A stretch of DNA of 64,000 bases. Source: Candidatus Aminicenantes bacterium. GTDB lineage: Bacteria; Acidobacteriota; Aminicenantia; Aminicenantales; JAFGBC01. A program made the position numbers and the translations under genes. How positions within the stretch are numbered: position 1 is the first letter of the stretch; every line of letters starts with the position of its first letter. Location of the stretch: contig OY969696.1 in NCBI GenBank assembly GCA_963702005.1, forward strand, positions 1,472,001 to 1,536,000, written 5' to 3'. The notes below the pieces were generated by a model. The model had not been told where the DNA came from and ran no database searches. It saw only the letters and a program-made list of their open reading frames with translations. This document shows positions 10,418 to 19,546 of this stretch, piece by piece.

Positions 10418-10996
10418 TCAACCCTCGATGATCATCCCTTTTTGTTTCATGACGAGGGGATCGAAGGTCGCAAAATCCGCCTGATGGATGAGGACGGCTT
10501 CGACAACCTGCGGCCTGCCCTCGCCCTCCTTGGCGTGGCAGACGATGATGTTGATGATATCCCCCGGCAGGCCGCATTCGGCGGCTAGGATGGCCCCGGA
10601 AACCGGGTGCCGGGCGTATTGACCCGACAGGCTCTTGCGAAAACCTCCCTTCCCATCGGGTTCGATCTCGAGAAGCTTCCCCACGTCATGAAGCAGGCCG
10701 CCGGCATAGAGGCGGTCGAAGTCGATGGCATAGGGCAGCTTGGCATAGGCCTCGGCCTGGGCCCGCCCCAAGGCCACGGCCCCCTCGGTGACGGCAATCG
10801 TGTGCTCGACGAAATTAACGCCGAGCGGGTCCGTGAGCAGGGTGAAGGGCATCCGTTTCAGCTCTTCGATGGATGTCCAACCGCCCCTCTCACAGGCGAG
10901 AACGAAGACCTTGATGATCTTAGCGTGAAGCGCCTGGTCCTTAATTCGGCCCAGCTGCTTTTCGAACAGCGACTCGACGTCTTTATGGCTGATCAT
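10418..10996 (-). CDS. HD-domain phosphohydrolase
   Basis: FVEHT...LLHDVGKLLE...RHPVSG...HQAD. Confidence 0.85.
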   Translation of the reverse strand: MISHKDVESLFEKQLGRIKDQALHAKIIKVFVLACERGGWTSIEELKRMPFTLLTDPLGVNFVEHTIAVTEGAVALGRAQAEAYAKLPYAIDFDRLYAGGLLHDVGKLLEIEPDGKGGFRKSLSGQYARHPVSGAILAAECGLPGDIINIIVCHAKEGEGRPQVVEAVLIHQADFATFDPLVMKQKGMIIEG

Positions 10997-11099
10997 GCCG
11001 GCCCTCCTCGAACGCGGCAGAGGCGCTGCGATCGAAGCGGCGCCTGGAAACAGGTTTAAAGATAGCATTTGGGGACGAGATTTTCAAGGGCGGGGACTC

Positions 11100-11201
11100 C
11101 CGCTCCCCAAGGCCCGCCAGGCCATCATCGACGCCGGCGGCCTGATTCCTTACACGAGAAAGCGGCTCCTGGAAAAGACGCCGGGGGCCGCGAAAGGCTG
11201 A
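11100..11201 (+). pseudogene. Orphan duplicate of the leuD-like 3' end (repeat copy 2 at 11100-11155) with an alternative C-terminus
   Basis: PLPKARQAIIDAGGLIPYTRKRLLEKTPGAAKG* versus PLPKARQAIIDAGGLIPYTRNRILEKLK*. Confidence 0.8.
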
Positions 11202-11205
11202 CGAA

Positions 11206-12300
11206 TCAGGCCGGCTTTTTTCTCAGGCGCTCCGATAAGGCTACCAGCGCCGGGAGCTTCGACGTCTCGCCGGCCGTCGGACTCCCCCAGATCGTGCACA
11301 GGTGGCCCAGCATCCGGTCCGTGTCGAATTTCAGGGAATAGTTGAACAGGGCTTCGGCCGCCCGGACATTCCGGAAGCTCGTCGGCAGGACTCGGAATCC
11401 CTTGTCCAGAAAAACCTTGATGGACGGGTAGGCCTTCATGGACTCGTAATGCCAGTCGCAGATGACGATGTCCTTGGGGATCCTGTCCAGGGCCCGCCAG
11501 GTCCCGTTGTAGGAGGATTCCCAGACTCCGTAGCTCATGGCCGGGCCTTCGATGAGGCGGTCTCCCCACAGGTACATTTCCTTGCCGCGCTCTTTGACGA
11601 TATGTCCGTAGAGGTCGTTGACGGCCTTGGCGAAGAGGTCGGCGGGATCCCTGCCCTTGCAGCGCGGGCAGTAATCGCTCGCGATCAGGAAGACCTCGTC
11701 CATGCCGACGTGGAGGCCGTCCGCCTCGAAGACGTCGAGAAGCTCGTCCAGGAGGTCGAAGACGATCGGGTTGACGCCGGGATGGAGAGGGCACCAGCTC
11801 CGGCAGTAGATGTCCTTGTTCCCCGCGAATTTCCCGGGTGTTTCGTCGAACTCGGGATAGCGGACCAAGAGCGGAAAGGTTTTCTCCTCCCAGGATTGGT
11901 GCCCCAGGGACTGAAACTCGGGGATAAGCCGGATTTTGTATTCGCGGCCGAGGGCGACGATTTGCTTGACGGTCTCCCGGGAAACCGGATCCGCGCCGCG
12001 CAGCTCGGGATGAGACGTGTACTCGTAGTTATAGTCCATTTCGACGAAAAGGAGGTTGATTCCGGCGCCGGCCAGGGCGGGGATCTCCTTGATGAGCTCC
12101 TCGGCGGCTTTTTGGGATTCGATGAGGACGTGAAGTCCGAAGACAAGAGGCCGGGCGGGGAGGGGGATGATCTCGGCCGGCCGCGTCGGACGGCATCCGG
12201 GCTGGATCAGCATAGCGCTCGTCACCGCCAGAACGGCGAGACCGAGCTTCCAGAGATCGGGGCCTTTTCGATCGTTGAGCGCGAACCTTGGCTGTGTCAT
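11206..12300 (-). CDS. GH20-like glycoside hydrolase, exported/lipoprotein
   Basis: LIPEFQSLGH, LHVGMDEV, YLWGDRL, ICDWHY; hydrophobic N-terminus ending QPGC. Confidence 0.75.
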   Translation of the reverse strand: MTQPRFALNDRKGPDLWKLGLAVLAVTSAMLIQPGCRPTRPAEIIPLPARPLVFGLHVLIESQKAAEELIKEIPALAGAGINLLFVEMDYNYEYTSHPELRGADPVSRETVKQIVALGREYKIRLIPEFQSLGHQSWEEKTFPLLVRYPEFDETPGKFAGNKDIYCRSWCPLHPGVNPIVFDLLDELLDVFEADGLHVGMDEVFLIASDYCPRCKGRDPADLFAKAVNDLYGHIVKERGKEMYLWGDRLIEGPAMSYGVWESSYNGTWRALDRIPKDIVICDWHYESMKAYPSIKVFLDKGFRVLPTSFRNVRAAEALFNYSLKFDTDRMLGHLCTIWGSPTAGETSKLPALVALSERLRKKPA

Positions 12301-12372
12301 GGCGCGGCCTCCTATTCCTCGTCCCATTCTATCACCGTCCCTCCGAAACGGGAAAGCGGATATAATACCTCT

Positions 12373-13176
12373 ATGCCCGTCACTCTGAGCCTGGCCGCGG
12401 CGGCCGCGGCCTACACCGTCCTCGCCCTGGGGTTGGTCCTGATGAAAAAGGGGATCGGCTGGATCGGGCACAAAGGCCCCAAGGACAGAGCTTTCCGGAC
12501 AAGCCTGGCCGTCTGGCTGTCCGGTTTCTTCCTCAGCAACCTTTACGTCCTCCCGGCCGCGGCGGCGCTCGGGACGCTGTCCCCCCATATTGTCGCCTCC
12601 TTCGCGGGTTGGGGGGTGGCGGTCATGGTCGTCCTGGCCGCTTTGGTACTGGGAGAACGGCTCTTCGCCTCCGACCTTGCCTTCACGGCCCTGATCGCCT
12701 CCGCCATCGTCCTGCTCAATATCTACGAGGGGGCTGACGCGGGAAACGTCCCCCGCTCCGCCCCGTTTGCAGCCGTCGCTATCCTTCCTTTTCTGGCCGT
12801 CCTTCCCGCGTTTGCGAGGTCCGCCCGCCCCAGGCTCAAAGCGCTTCTGTTCGCCGCCGTCTCCGGCGCCTTGGCCGGACTGATCGTCGTGATCATGAAG
12901 GTCCTCGTCCGCCTCCACGGCTTCCGGATCGTCCGCTATCCCGGCTCGCTCTATTTCTATCTTTATCTGCTGTTCTCGCTGGCGGCCTTTCTCGCCCTCC
13001 AGCTCGCCTTCAAGCGGGCGGGGCTGATGCGGGTCGGGCCCGTCCAGTACTCGGCCTCGATCGCCTATCCGGTCCTCGGCTCGCTCCTCGTCTTCGGGGC
13101 ACGGCTCCATCCCGTCCAGTGGGCCGCCCTGGCCATCCTCATCATCGGCGTCGCCGGGATCCTCCGCAAACGTTAA
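12373..13176 (+). CDS. Multi-pass membrane protein (DMT/EamA-like)
   Basis: Many TM segments; LAALVLGER motif. Confidence 0.6.
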   Translation: MPVTLSLAAAAAAYTVLALGLVLMKKGIGWIGHKGPKDRAFRTSLAVWLSGFFLSNLYVLPAAAALGTLSPHIVASFAGWGVAVMVVLAALVLGERLFASDLAFTALIASAIVLLNIYEGADAGNVPRSAPFAAVAILPFLAVLPAFARSARPRLKALLFAAVSGALAGLIVVIMKVLVRLHGFRIVRYPGSLYFYLYLLFSLAAFLALQLAFKRAGLMRVGPVQYSASIAYPVLGSLLVFGARLHPVQWAALAILIIGVAGILRKR

Positions 13177-13417
13177 AGCTATCCTTGAAGGTTGAGCGAG
13201 GGGTTGTGGGGTGAAGAGGCCCTACGAAGGGTCGAGCGGGCATGGTCCGATTTGTCTTCAAATCGGGAGCGAGACCCGAAGTGGGAGCGGGTTTGACTCG
13301 CTGGGGCAAACACGCGTCCTCTGAACTCCCACACCCCGAGCGAGGCCGGCAGGAAATTTATTTTTACCGGGTTTTATGGTAATCTTTTGAAACCAATTCC
13401 GGAGAGAGGAGTCGACC

Positions 13418-14533
13418 ATGGCCAAGTATAAGATCGCGATCCTGCCCGGCGACGGGGTGGGCAAGGACGTCGTCGAAGCGACGATGATCGTCCTCAAGAA
13501 GCTCCGGGTCAACGCCGAGTACATCTATGGCGATATCGGTTGGGAGTTCTGGCGCAAGGAGGGGAACGCTCTTCCCGACCGGACCATCCAGCTCCTCAAG
13601 GGGACGGACGCCTGTCTGTTCGGCGCCATCACCTCCAAACCCAAGGAGGACGCGGCCGCCGAGCTCGATCCTTCCCTCAGGAGCAAGGGCTTATCCTACT
13701 TCAGTCCGATCGTCCGACTCCGCCAGGAGTTCGACCTGTATACGAACCTCCGTCCCTGCAAGGCTTACCCGGGAAATCCCCTCAATTATAAAGACAAGAT
13801 CGACCTGGTTGTCTTCCGGGAGAACACCGAGGGCATGTACGCCGGGGTCGAGTTCTTCCCGCTCCCCCAGGGCGTCAAGGACGCCCTCTCCATCCATCCC
13901 AAGATGAAGCCGTTCAAGGACGTTCCCCTCGACCAAATCGCCGTCTCGACCCGAATCATGACCCACAAGGGCTGCGAACGTATCGTTCGGGCCGCCTTCG
14001 AGTTCGCCCGCAAGTACAAGCGGCGCTCGGTCACCGTCGTCGAGAAGCCCAATGTCCTTCGCGAAACGGGCGGTCTGATGCTCGCTGTATCCCGCGAGGT
14101 CGCCAGGGGCTATCCGGACATTCCTTTCAAAGACGCCAACATCGATGCCATGTGTATGTGGCTGGTCAAGAACCCCTACGACTACGACGTCCTGGTCGCC
14201 GAAAACCTGTTCGGCGACATCATCTCGGACCTGGCCGCCCAGCTCGTCGGCGGACTGGGCTTCGCCTCGGCCGGCAACATCGGCGACAAATACGCCGTTT
14301 TCGAGCCGACCCACGGCTCGGCCCCCAAATACGCCGGCATGAACAAGGTCAACCCGATCGCGACCTTCCTGGCCGCCAAGCTCATGCTGGACTGGCTGGG
14401 AGAAACCGGCCAGGCGGCCGCCCTCGAGGGCGCCGTCGCCGAAGTCATCAAAGACGGGAAAGCCCGAACCTACGATCTGGGCGGTAAAACGACGACCCTC
14501 GAGATGGGAGAGGCCGTCGCCGCCAGGCTCTGA
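13418..14533 (+). CDS. Isocitrate/isopropylmalate dehydrogenase family protein
   Basis: ILPGDGVG, FRENTEGMY, NLFGDIISD, FEPTHGSAPKYAG, NPIA. Confidence 0.93.
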   Translation: MAKYKIAILPGDGVGKDVVEATMIVLKKLRVNAEYIYGDIGWEFWRKEGNALPDRTIQLLKGTDACLFGAITSKPKEDAAAELDPSLRSKGLSYFSPIVRLRQEFDLYTNLRPCKAYPGNPLNYKDKIDLVVFRENTEGMYAGVEFFPLPQGVKDALSIHPKMKPFKDVPLDQIAVSTRIMTHKGCERIVRAAFEFARKYKRRSVTVVEKPNVLRETGGLMLAVSREVARGYPDIPFKDANIDAMCMWLVKNPYDYDVLVAENLFGDIISDLAAQLVGGLGFASAGNIGDKYAVFEPTHGSAPKYAGMNKVNPIATFLAAKLMLDWLGETGQAAALEGAVAEVIKDGKARTYDLGGKTTTLEMGEAVAARL

Positions 14534-14545
14534 GCCTCGACGGAA

Positions 14546-15220
14546 ATGATTATCCTGGCCGTCGATACCACGACGCCGGCCGGTTCCGTGGCGCTCCTCC
14601 GGGACGGGACGCTTCTGGCCGAGATCAACTCCGAGTCGGGCCTGACCCACTCCGAGCGGCTTCTGGCCTCGGTCGAGGCCGTTCTCGGCTCCCAGAAAAT
14701 CGCGCTCTCCGGCGTCGACGGATTCGCCGTGGCGGCCGGGCCCGGTTCCTTCACCGGCATCCGGATCGGACTCAGCACCGTCAAGTCGTTCTGCTTCGCT
14801 TCGGGAAAGCCCGGCGTTCCCGTCTCGACGCTCGAGGCGCTGGCCCTCAAGCTCGCCGCTTCCGGCGGCCGGCTTGTGTGTCCGATGCTCGACGCTAAAA
14901 AGGGCGAGGTTTACGCGGCCTTGTACGAGTCGAAGGGCGGGCGGCTCGAGGAGTTCCTTCCCCAAGGGGCCTACCTCCCCGATGCGTTCCTGGCCCGGCT
15001 GCCCTCCCGGCGCGTCGTTCACTTCCTTGGCAACGGGGCCGTCCTCTATAAAGAAAATATCGCGGCCCGGCTTGAGGACAGGGGAGTCTTCGTCCTGCGC
15101 TCGCCCTTTATCGGATTCGAGGTCGGAAAGCTCGGAGGTGAGGCGCTCAAGGCGGGGAAGGGGCTCTCCGGCGCCGATCTGCAGCCTTTCTATTTCCGGA
15201 AATCCCAAGCGGAGGAATAA
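14546..15220 (+). CDS. tsaB: t6A biosynthesis protein TsaB
   Basis: ILAVDTT, HSERLL, GPGSFTGIRIG, LDAKKGEVY. Confidence 0.93.
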   Translation: MIILAVDTTTPAGSVALLRDGTLLAEINSESGLTHSERLLASVEAVLGSQKIALSGVDGFAVAAGPGSFTGIRIGLSTVKSFCFASGKPGVPVSTLEALALKLAASGGRLVCPMLDAKKGEVYAALYESKGGRLEEFLPQGAYLPDAFLARLPSRRVVHFLGNGAVLYKENIAARLEDRGVFVLRSPFIGFEVGKLGGEALKAGKGLSGADLQPFYFRKSQAEE

Positions 15221-15263
15221 GATCAAGGTTGAAGCCGGAGCGCTGCCCTTCCATCTCCGTTGG

Positions 15264-15698
15264 ATGGAGGTGAAGGACGTGGCCGCCGTTCAGGCCATCG
15301 AAAAGCTTTCCTTTGCCAATCCCTGGCACGTCGAAACCTTCCTGGGCGAGATCCAGAACCGCCCCATCTCCCACGCCCTGGTCGCCTACCACGACCTCGA
15401 TAAAAAAGTCATCGGCTATATCATCTTCTGGATCATCAAGGACGAGGCCCAGATCAACAACATGGCCATCCATCCCGACTACCGGGGACGGGGCTACGGA
15501 AAGGAAATGCTTTCTACGACCCTGGAGGAGATGAGGGCGTCGGGCATCCGGATCGTGACTCTCGAAGTCCGCGAGTCCAACCTGAAGGCGTTCAACCTTT
15601 ATAAATCGCTCGGGTTCGAGGCCGTCAGCCGGCGCAGGGACTATTATACCAATCCTCGCGAGGACGCGCTGGCCATGGCCTTGACCTTCGGCCCGTAA
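15264..15698 (+). CDS. rimI: Ribosomal-protein-alanine N-acetyltransferase
   Basis: AIHPDYRGRGYG, LEVRESN, YYTNPREDALAM; follows tsaB; start approximate. Confidence 0.88.
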   Translation: MEVKDVAAVQAIEKLSFANPWHVETFLGEIQNRPISHALVAYHDLDKKVIGYIIFWIIKDEAQINNMAIHPDYRGRGYGKEMLSTTLEEMRASGIRIVTLEVRESNLKAFNLYKSLGFEAVSRRRDYYTNPREDALAMALTFGP

Positions 15699-16447
15699 TC
15701 GACCCGGACCAGACACAGCCCTTTGGCCGGGGCGGTCGGGCTGGCCAGGGTCCTGTGTTTTTCCCCGAAGAGCCGCTCGACGCCCTCGACCGCGATCCGG
15801 CCCCGGCCGACCTCGATCAGCGTTCCGACGATGGTCCGGACCATATAGCGGAGGAAGCCGTCGGCTTCGATGGTGAAGACGATCTCGTCGCCTTTCTTCC
15901 GAAGCTCGGACCGCGTCACCCGCCGGACCGGATTTAGCTCGCGGTTCGAGGAGAAGGCGCTGAAGTCGGCTTCCCGCACGAACAGGCGGGCGGCCCGGCG
16001 CATGCGGACTACGTTCAAGGGGCGAGGATGATGGTGAACGTAGCGGAGGTCGAAAGGGGTGATCCGGGGTCCGAGGACGATCCGGTATTGATAGACTTTG
16101 GACAGGGCGCTCTTCCGAGCGTGGAACTGGGGGCTTGCCTTATCCACCGCCAGAACCCGGATGGCCCCGGGGAGGAGCGCGTTCAGGGCGCGGAGAAGTG
16201 TCGCATCGTCAAGCGTCAGGGCGGCTTTGAAGCTCGCGACCTGAGCACGGGCATGGACGCCGGCGTCTGTCCGGCCCGCGCCGTGGACGGCGATCCGCCC
16301 TCCGGCCAGGCGTTCCAGGGCCTTTTCCAGTTCGCCCTGGATCGTCCGCCCGGAGGGCTGGCGCTGCCAGCCGCGGAAATCCGTTCCGTCGTAGCTGAGC
16401 GTAAGCTTGTAGTTGATGGGGGAAGCGGGTTTAGCGTTTGAAGGCAA
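15644..16447 (-). CDS. truA: tRNA pseudouridine(38-40) synthase
   Basis: SYDGTDFRGWQRQ, GAGRTDAGVHA, GFLRYMVR, TAPAKGLCL; TTG start inferred. Confidence 0.92.
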   Translation of the reverse strand: MPSNAKPASPINYKLTLSYDGTDFRGWQRQPSGRTIQGELEKALERLAGGRIAVHGAGRTDAGVHARAQVASFKAALTLDDATLLRALNALLPGAIRVLAVDKASPQFHARKSALSKVYQYRIVLGPRITPFDLRYVHHHPRPLNVVRMRRAARLFVREADFSAFSSNRELNPVRRVTRSELRKKGDEIVFTIEADGFLRYMVRTIVGTLIEVGRGRIAVEGVERLFGEKHRTLASPTAPAKGLCLVRVDYGPKVKAMASASSRGLV

Positions 16448-16889
16448 GCTCAACCGCCTCCTCCGGAGTACGGGCCGGGATAACGCCCTTGATGTCCCAG
16501 GTTCCCAGGCCGATGACTTTTTTCCCATAGATAATGCCAAAGGCGATTTCGCTCAGGGTCCCATATTCGCCGTCGACGGCGATGAGGACGTCCGCGTTGA
16601 GGGCGACCAGAGAGTTCCTGGTATAGCCGAGTCCGGTCGCGATGGGGAGGTCTACGAAGGCATTGGCCTGGGACGGATCGGTCCCGGGGAGGATTCCCAC
16701 GGCCAGGCCGCCCGCTTCCCGCGCCCCCCGGCAGGCCGCCTCCATGACCCCGCCCAGCCCTCCGCAGACGAGAACGCCCTCCCGTCCGGCGACGAGCCGG
16801 CCCACCTCGCGGGCCGCCTCGAGCGCCGCCTTAGCGGGGCGGCTGCCCCCGATGACGCCGACGCGGGGCCGGCCGCGGATGTCGTCCAT
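16431..16889 (-). CDS. LOG-family (TIGR00725-like) protein
   Basis: CGGLGGVMEAA, GILPG, GEYGTLSEIA. Confidence 0.88.
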   Translation of the reverse strand: MDDIRGRPRVGVIGGSRPAKAALEAAREVGRLVAGREGVLVCGGLGGVMEAACRGAREAGGLAVGILPGTDPSQANAFVDLPIATGLGYTRNSLVALNADVLIAVDGEYGTLSEIAFGIIYGKKVIGLGTWDIKGVIPARTPEEAVELAFKR

Positions 16890-16934
16890 GGCTTCCTTTT
16901 ACCATACGGGCCGGGCCATTTCAATCGGAGGGGT

Positions 16935-17220
16935 TGCCCTTCGCAAGGCTCAGGACTATCGCAATACAATCCCGGCCTGATGGCCGGAGTGTTGAGCGAG
17001 GTGCCCTTCGCAAGGCTCAGGACTATCGCAATACAATCCCGGCCTGATGGCCGGAGTGTTGAGCGAGTTGCCCTTCGCAAGGCTCAGGACTACCCTTATA
17101 CAGTCCCTGTTCGAGGCTGCACTCACAATCTGTTAGCACAGCTAGTGAGTACGGGCGAAGCGCCCGGAGGCAGAAGGGGTTGCCCTTCGCAAGGCTCAGG
17201 ACTACCCTTGTACAGTCCCC
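16935..17220. repeat. Intergenic tandem repeat, 67-bp period, REP-like core
   Basis: tgcccttcgcaaggctcaggacta at 16935, 17002, 17069 and 17181. Confidence 0.9.
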
Positions 17221-17340
17221 GCCCGACGGCTAGAGGCAGAAGGGGTTGATGTCGGCCGGGCTTATGACTACAATGGGACTTCCCAAGGGCCCCTTGGCGG
17301 CCTCGCCCGAAATACAATAAAATAGGCAGGGAGTGCGACC

Positions 17341-17553
17341 ATGGCCGATTATCTGGAGATCAAAGGATTGAGCGCGGAGGAGCGCCGCCGTCTCCTCGCC
17401 GAGATCGAAGACAGGATCGCCCGGAGGATCAAAGACGGCCTCCTGAGCGAGCGGGAGGTCAGGGAGATCGAAGAGATGCGACTCCGTCCCCTGCCCGACA
17501 TCCTGGACGTCCAGAGCGTTTACGACGGTACGCTCTTCGACCGGAAGAGCTGA
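17341..17553 (+). CDS. Small hypothetical protein
   Basis: GGGAG RBS; host-like codon usage; leads the GT operon. Confidence 0.7.
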   Translation: MADYLEIKGLSAEERRRLLAEIEDRIARRIKDGLLSEREVREIEEMRLRPLPDILDVQSVYDGTLFDRKS

Positions 17554-17585
17554 GACGGACCAACCCGCGAGAGGAGGGAGATCCC

Positions 17586-18374
17586 ATGGATCAGACCGGA
17601 ACCGATCGCCACGATCCATCCGGAATCGTCATTGACTACGACCGCCTCGATGTCGCGGACATCATGGCCCAGATCAAGGCCAGGATCGCCGAACAGCCGG
17701 CCGCGCCGCCTCCCGAAGTTCCCGCCGAAGGTCCCGGTCCTTTGGCCGCCGAAGAGCCGCCGCTTCCCCCTCCATCCGGCCTCAAGGGGAAGCTCAAACG
17801 GATCTTCTTCAAGATCATGCGTCCGTTCGCCCCCCTTCAGAAGCTCCTGGCCTTGCCGACCCACCGGGAGCTCATGGAGACCGTCCGCAAGCTCCACCAG
17901 ACGAACCTCCGGCTTGAGCGGCTGGTGGTCCAAATGGACCTTGAGTTCCGCCGGGTCAATGCGAATGTCTCCCGGGCCGAGAATCGGATCGACGTCGCCA
18001 ACGAGAGGCTCGATATAGCCCAAAACGCGTTGGGCGAGCGGATCGGCTCGGGCTTGAGAGAGGCCAACCAGCGGATCGAGGATATCCTCCGCATGGCCAA
18101 CGAACGGATCGACGAGGTCCACGCGACGCTCAGCGACCGGGTGGACCTGATCAACCGGACGACCAACGAACGGGTCGACGACGCCTATGACGAGATCCAG
18201 AGGGCGATGGAGTTCGTCAAGCTCCTTCACAACCTGTCCCACAACCTTGTCGTCGAGCTCAGCAAGCTCAAGATCGAGGAGGAAGGCCTCAAGCTCAAGA
18301 CGCGCGTCATGGAGAAAGACTTCGAGTTCCTGGGCCGGCGCGAGAAAGCCCTGGAGAAAGAACTCGTGAAATGA
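17586..18374 (+). CDS. Coiled-coil hypothetical protein
   Basis: Repeated ANERID/ANQRIE/TNERVD units; ATGA-coupled to the next gene. Confidence 0.75.
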   Translation: MDQTGTDRHDPSGIVIDYDRLDVADIMAQIKARIAEQPAAPPPEVPAEGPGPLAAEEPPLPPPSGLKGKLKRIFFKIMRPFAPLQKLLALPTHRELMETVRKLHQTNLRLERLVVQMDLEFRRVNANVSRAENRIDVANERLDIAQNALGERIGSGLREANQRIEDILRMANERIDEVHATLSDRVDLINRTTNERVDDAYDEIQRAMEFVKLLHNLSHNLVVELSKLKIEEEGLKLKTRVMEKDFEFLGRREKALEKELVK

Positions 18375-19546
18375 AGGTCTGTTTCGTCGTCCAGAGGTAC
18401 GGCCTGGAGATCAACGGCGGCGCCGAGCTCCATTGCCGCTGGGTCGCCGAGCACATGCGCAAATACTGGGACGTCGAGGTCCTGACGACCAAGGCCTACG
18501 ACTACGTGACCTGGAAAAACCACTACCGGGAGGCCGAGACGGTCATCAACGGGATTCCAGTCCGGCGCTTCCCGGTCAGCCGGCCCCGGAGCCCGGAGCG
18601 ATTCGGCCAGATCCAGAACCACATCCTCGAGAACGAGCACGGCGAGGAGGAGGAGCTGGCCTGGCTCGAGGAGGAGGGGCCGCTCGTCCCCGCCCTGATC
18701 GATGCCATCAAGGCCGAGGAGCGCCGTTTCGACTATTTCATCTTCTTCAGCTACCGCTATTACCATTCCTTCTACGGGATCAAGGCCGTCCCCGCGAAAA
18801 GCATCCTCGTCCCGACGGCCGAACACGACCCCGTCATCCACCTCCGGATCTTCAAAGACCTGTTCCGGATGCCCCGAGCCTTCGTCTACAACTCCTACGA
18901 GGAACGGGCCATGATCCAGGGCCTTTCCCGCAACGAGGATGTCCCCGGCGATGTCGTCGGGGTCGGGACCGAGGTGCCGGATTCCTACGACGGCGAGCGC
19001 TTCCGGGCCAAGTTCGGGATCGCCGGACCTTATCTCATCTACGTCGGCCGGATCGACCAGAACAAGGGCTGCCACAAGCTGTTCGAGTACTTCCTCCGCT
19101 TCAAGAAGGAGACCGGGTCGCCCGCCCGGCTCTTGCTGGTCGGGAACACGATCCTTCCCATCCCCGACCACCCCGATGTCCGCCACTTGGGATTCCTGTC
19201 CGAGCAGGACAAGTTCGACGGCATCGCCGGGGCCGACGCCCTGATGATGCCCTCCTTCTACGAGAGTCTGTCCATGGTCACCCTCGAGGCTTGGGCGATG
19301 GGGAAGCCGGTCCTGGCCAACGCCGCCTGCGAGGTTCTCCGGGGACAATGCCGCCGGAGCAACGGCGGGCTCTATTACGAAAACTACCGTGAGTTCCGGG
19401 AGGCTCTCCTTCTCATCCTCGAGGATCCGGCGCTTCGGGCGGCCATGGGCCGCAACGGCCGGGCCTATTTCAACGCCAACTACACTTGGGACGTCATCGA
19501 GAGCAAATACCTGGCCATCGTCGCCGGGCTGGAGAGGAGGCCCTGA
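18371..19546 (+). CDS. GT4 glycosyltransferase
   Basis: YVGRIDQNKG, PSFYESLSMVTLEAWAMG. Confidence 0.9.
   Translation: MKVCFVVQRYGLEINGGAELHCRWVAEHMRKYWDVEVLTTKAYDYVTWKNHYREAETVINGIPVRRFPVSRPRSPERFGQIQNHILENEHGEEEELAWLEEEGPLVPALIDAIKAEERRFDYFIFFSYRYYHSFYGIKAVPAKSILVPTAEHDPVIHLRIFKDLFRMPRAFVYNSYEERAMIQGLSRNEDVPGDVVGVGTEVPDSYDGERFRAKFGIAGPYLIYVGRIDQNKGCHKLFEYFLRFKKETGSPARLLLVGNTILPIPDHPDVRHLGFLSEQDKFDGIAGADALMMPSFYESLSMVTLEAWAMGKPVLANAACEVLRGQCRRSNGGLYYENYREFREALLLILEDPALRAAMGRNGRAYFNANYTWDVIESKYLAIVAGLERRP

Noticed and set aside
13190-13350. Possible MITE or ncRNA upstream of the dehydrogenase (imperfect ggggttgtgggg/cccacacccc inverted ends)
   Set aside because: Single copy, weak pairing, no recognisable family
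16935-17220. CRISPR array
   Set aside because: The first two spacers are identical, spacing then becomes irregular, and no cas genes are nearby
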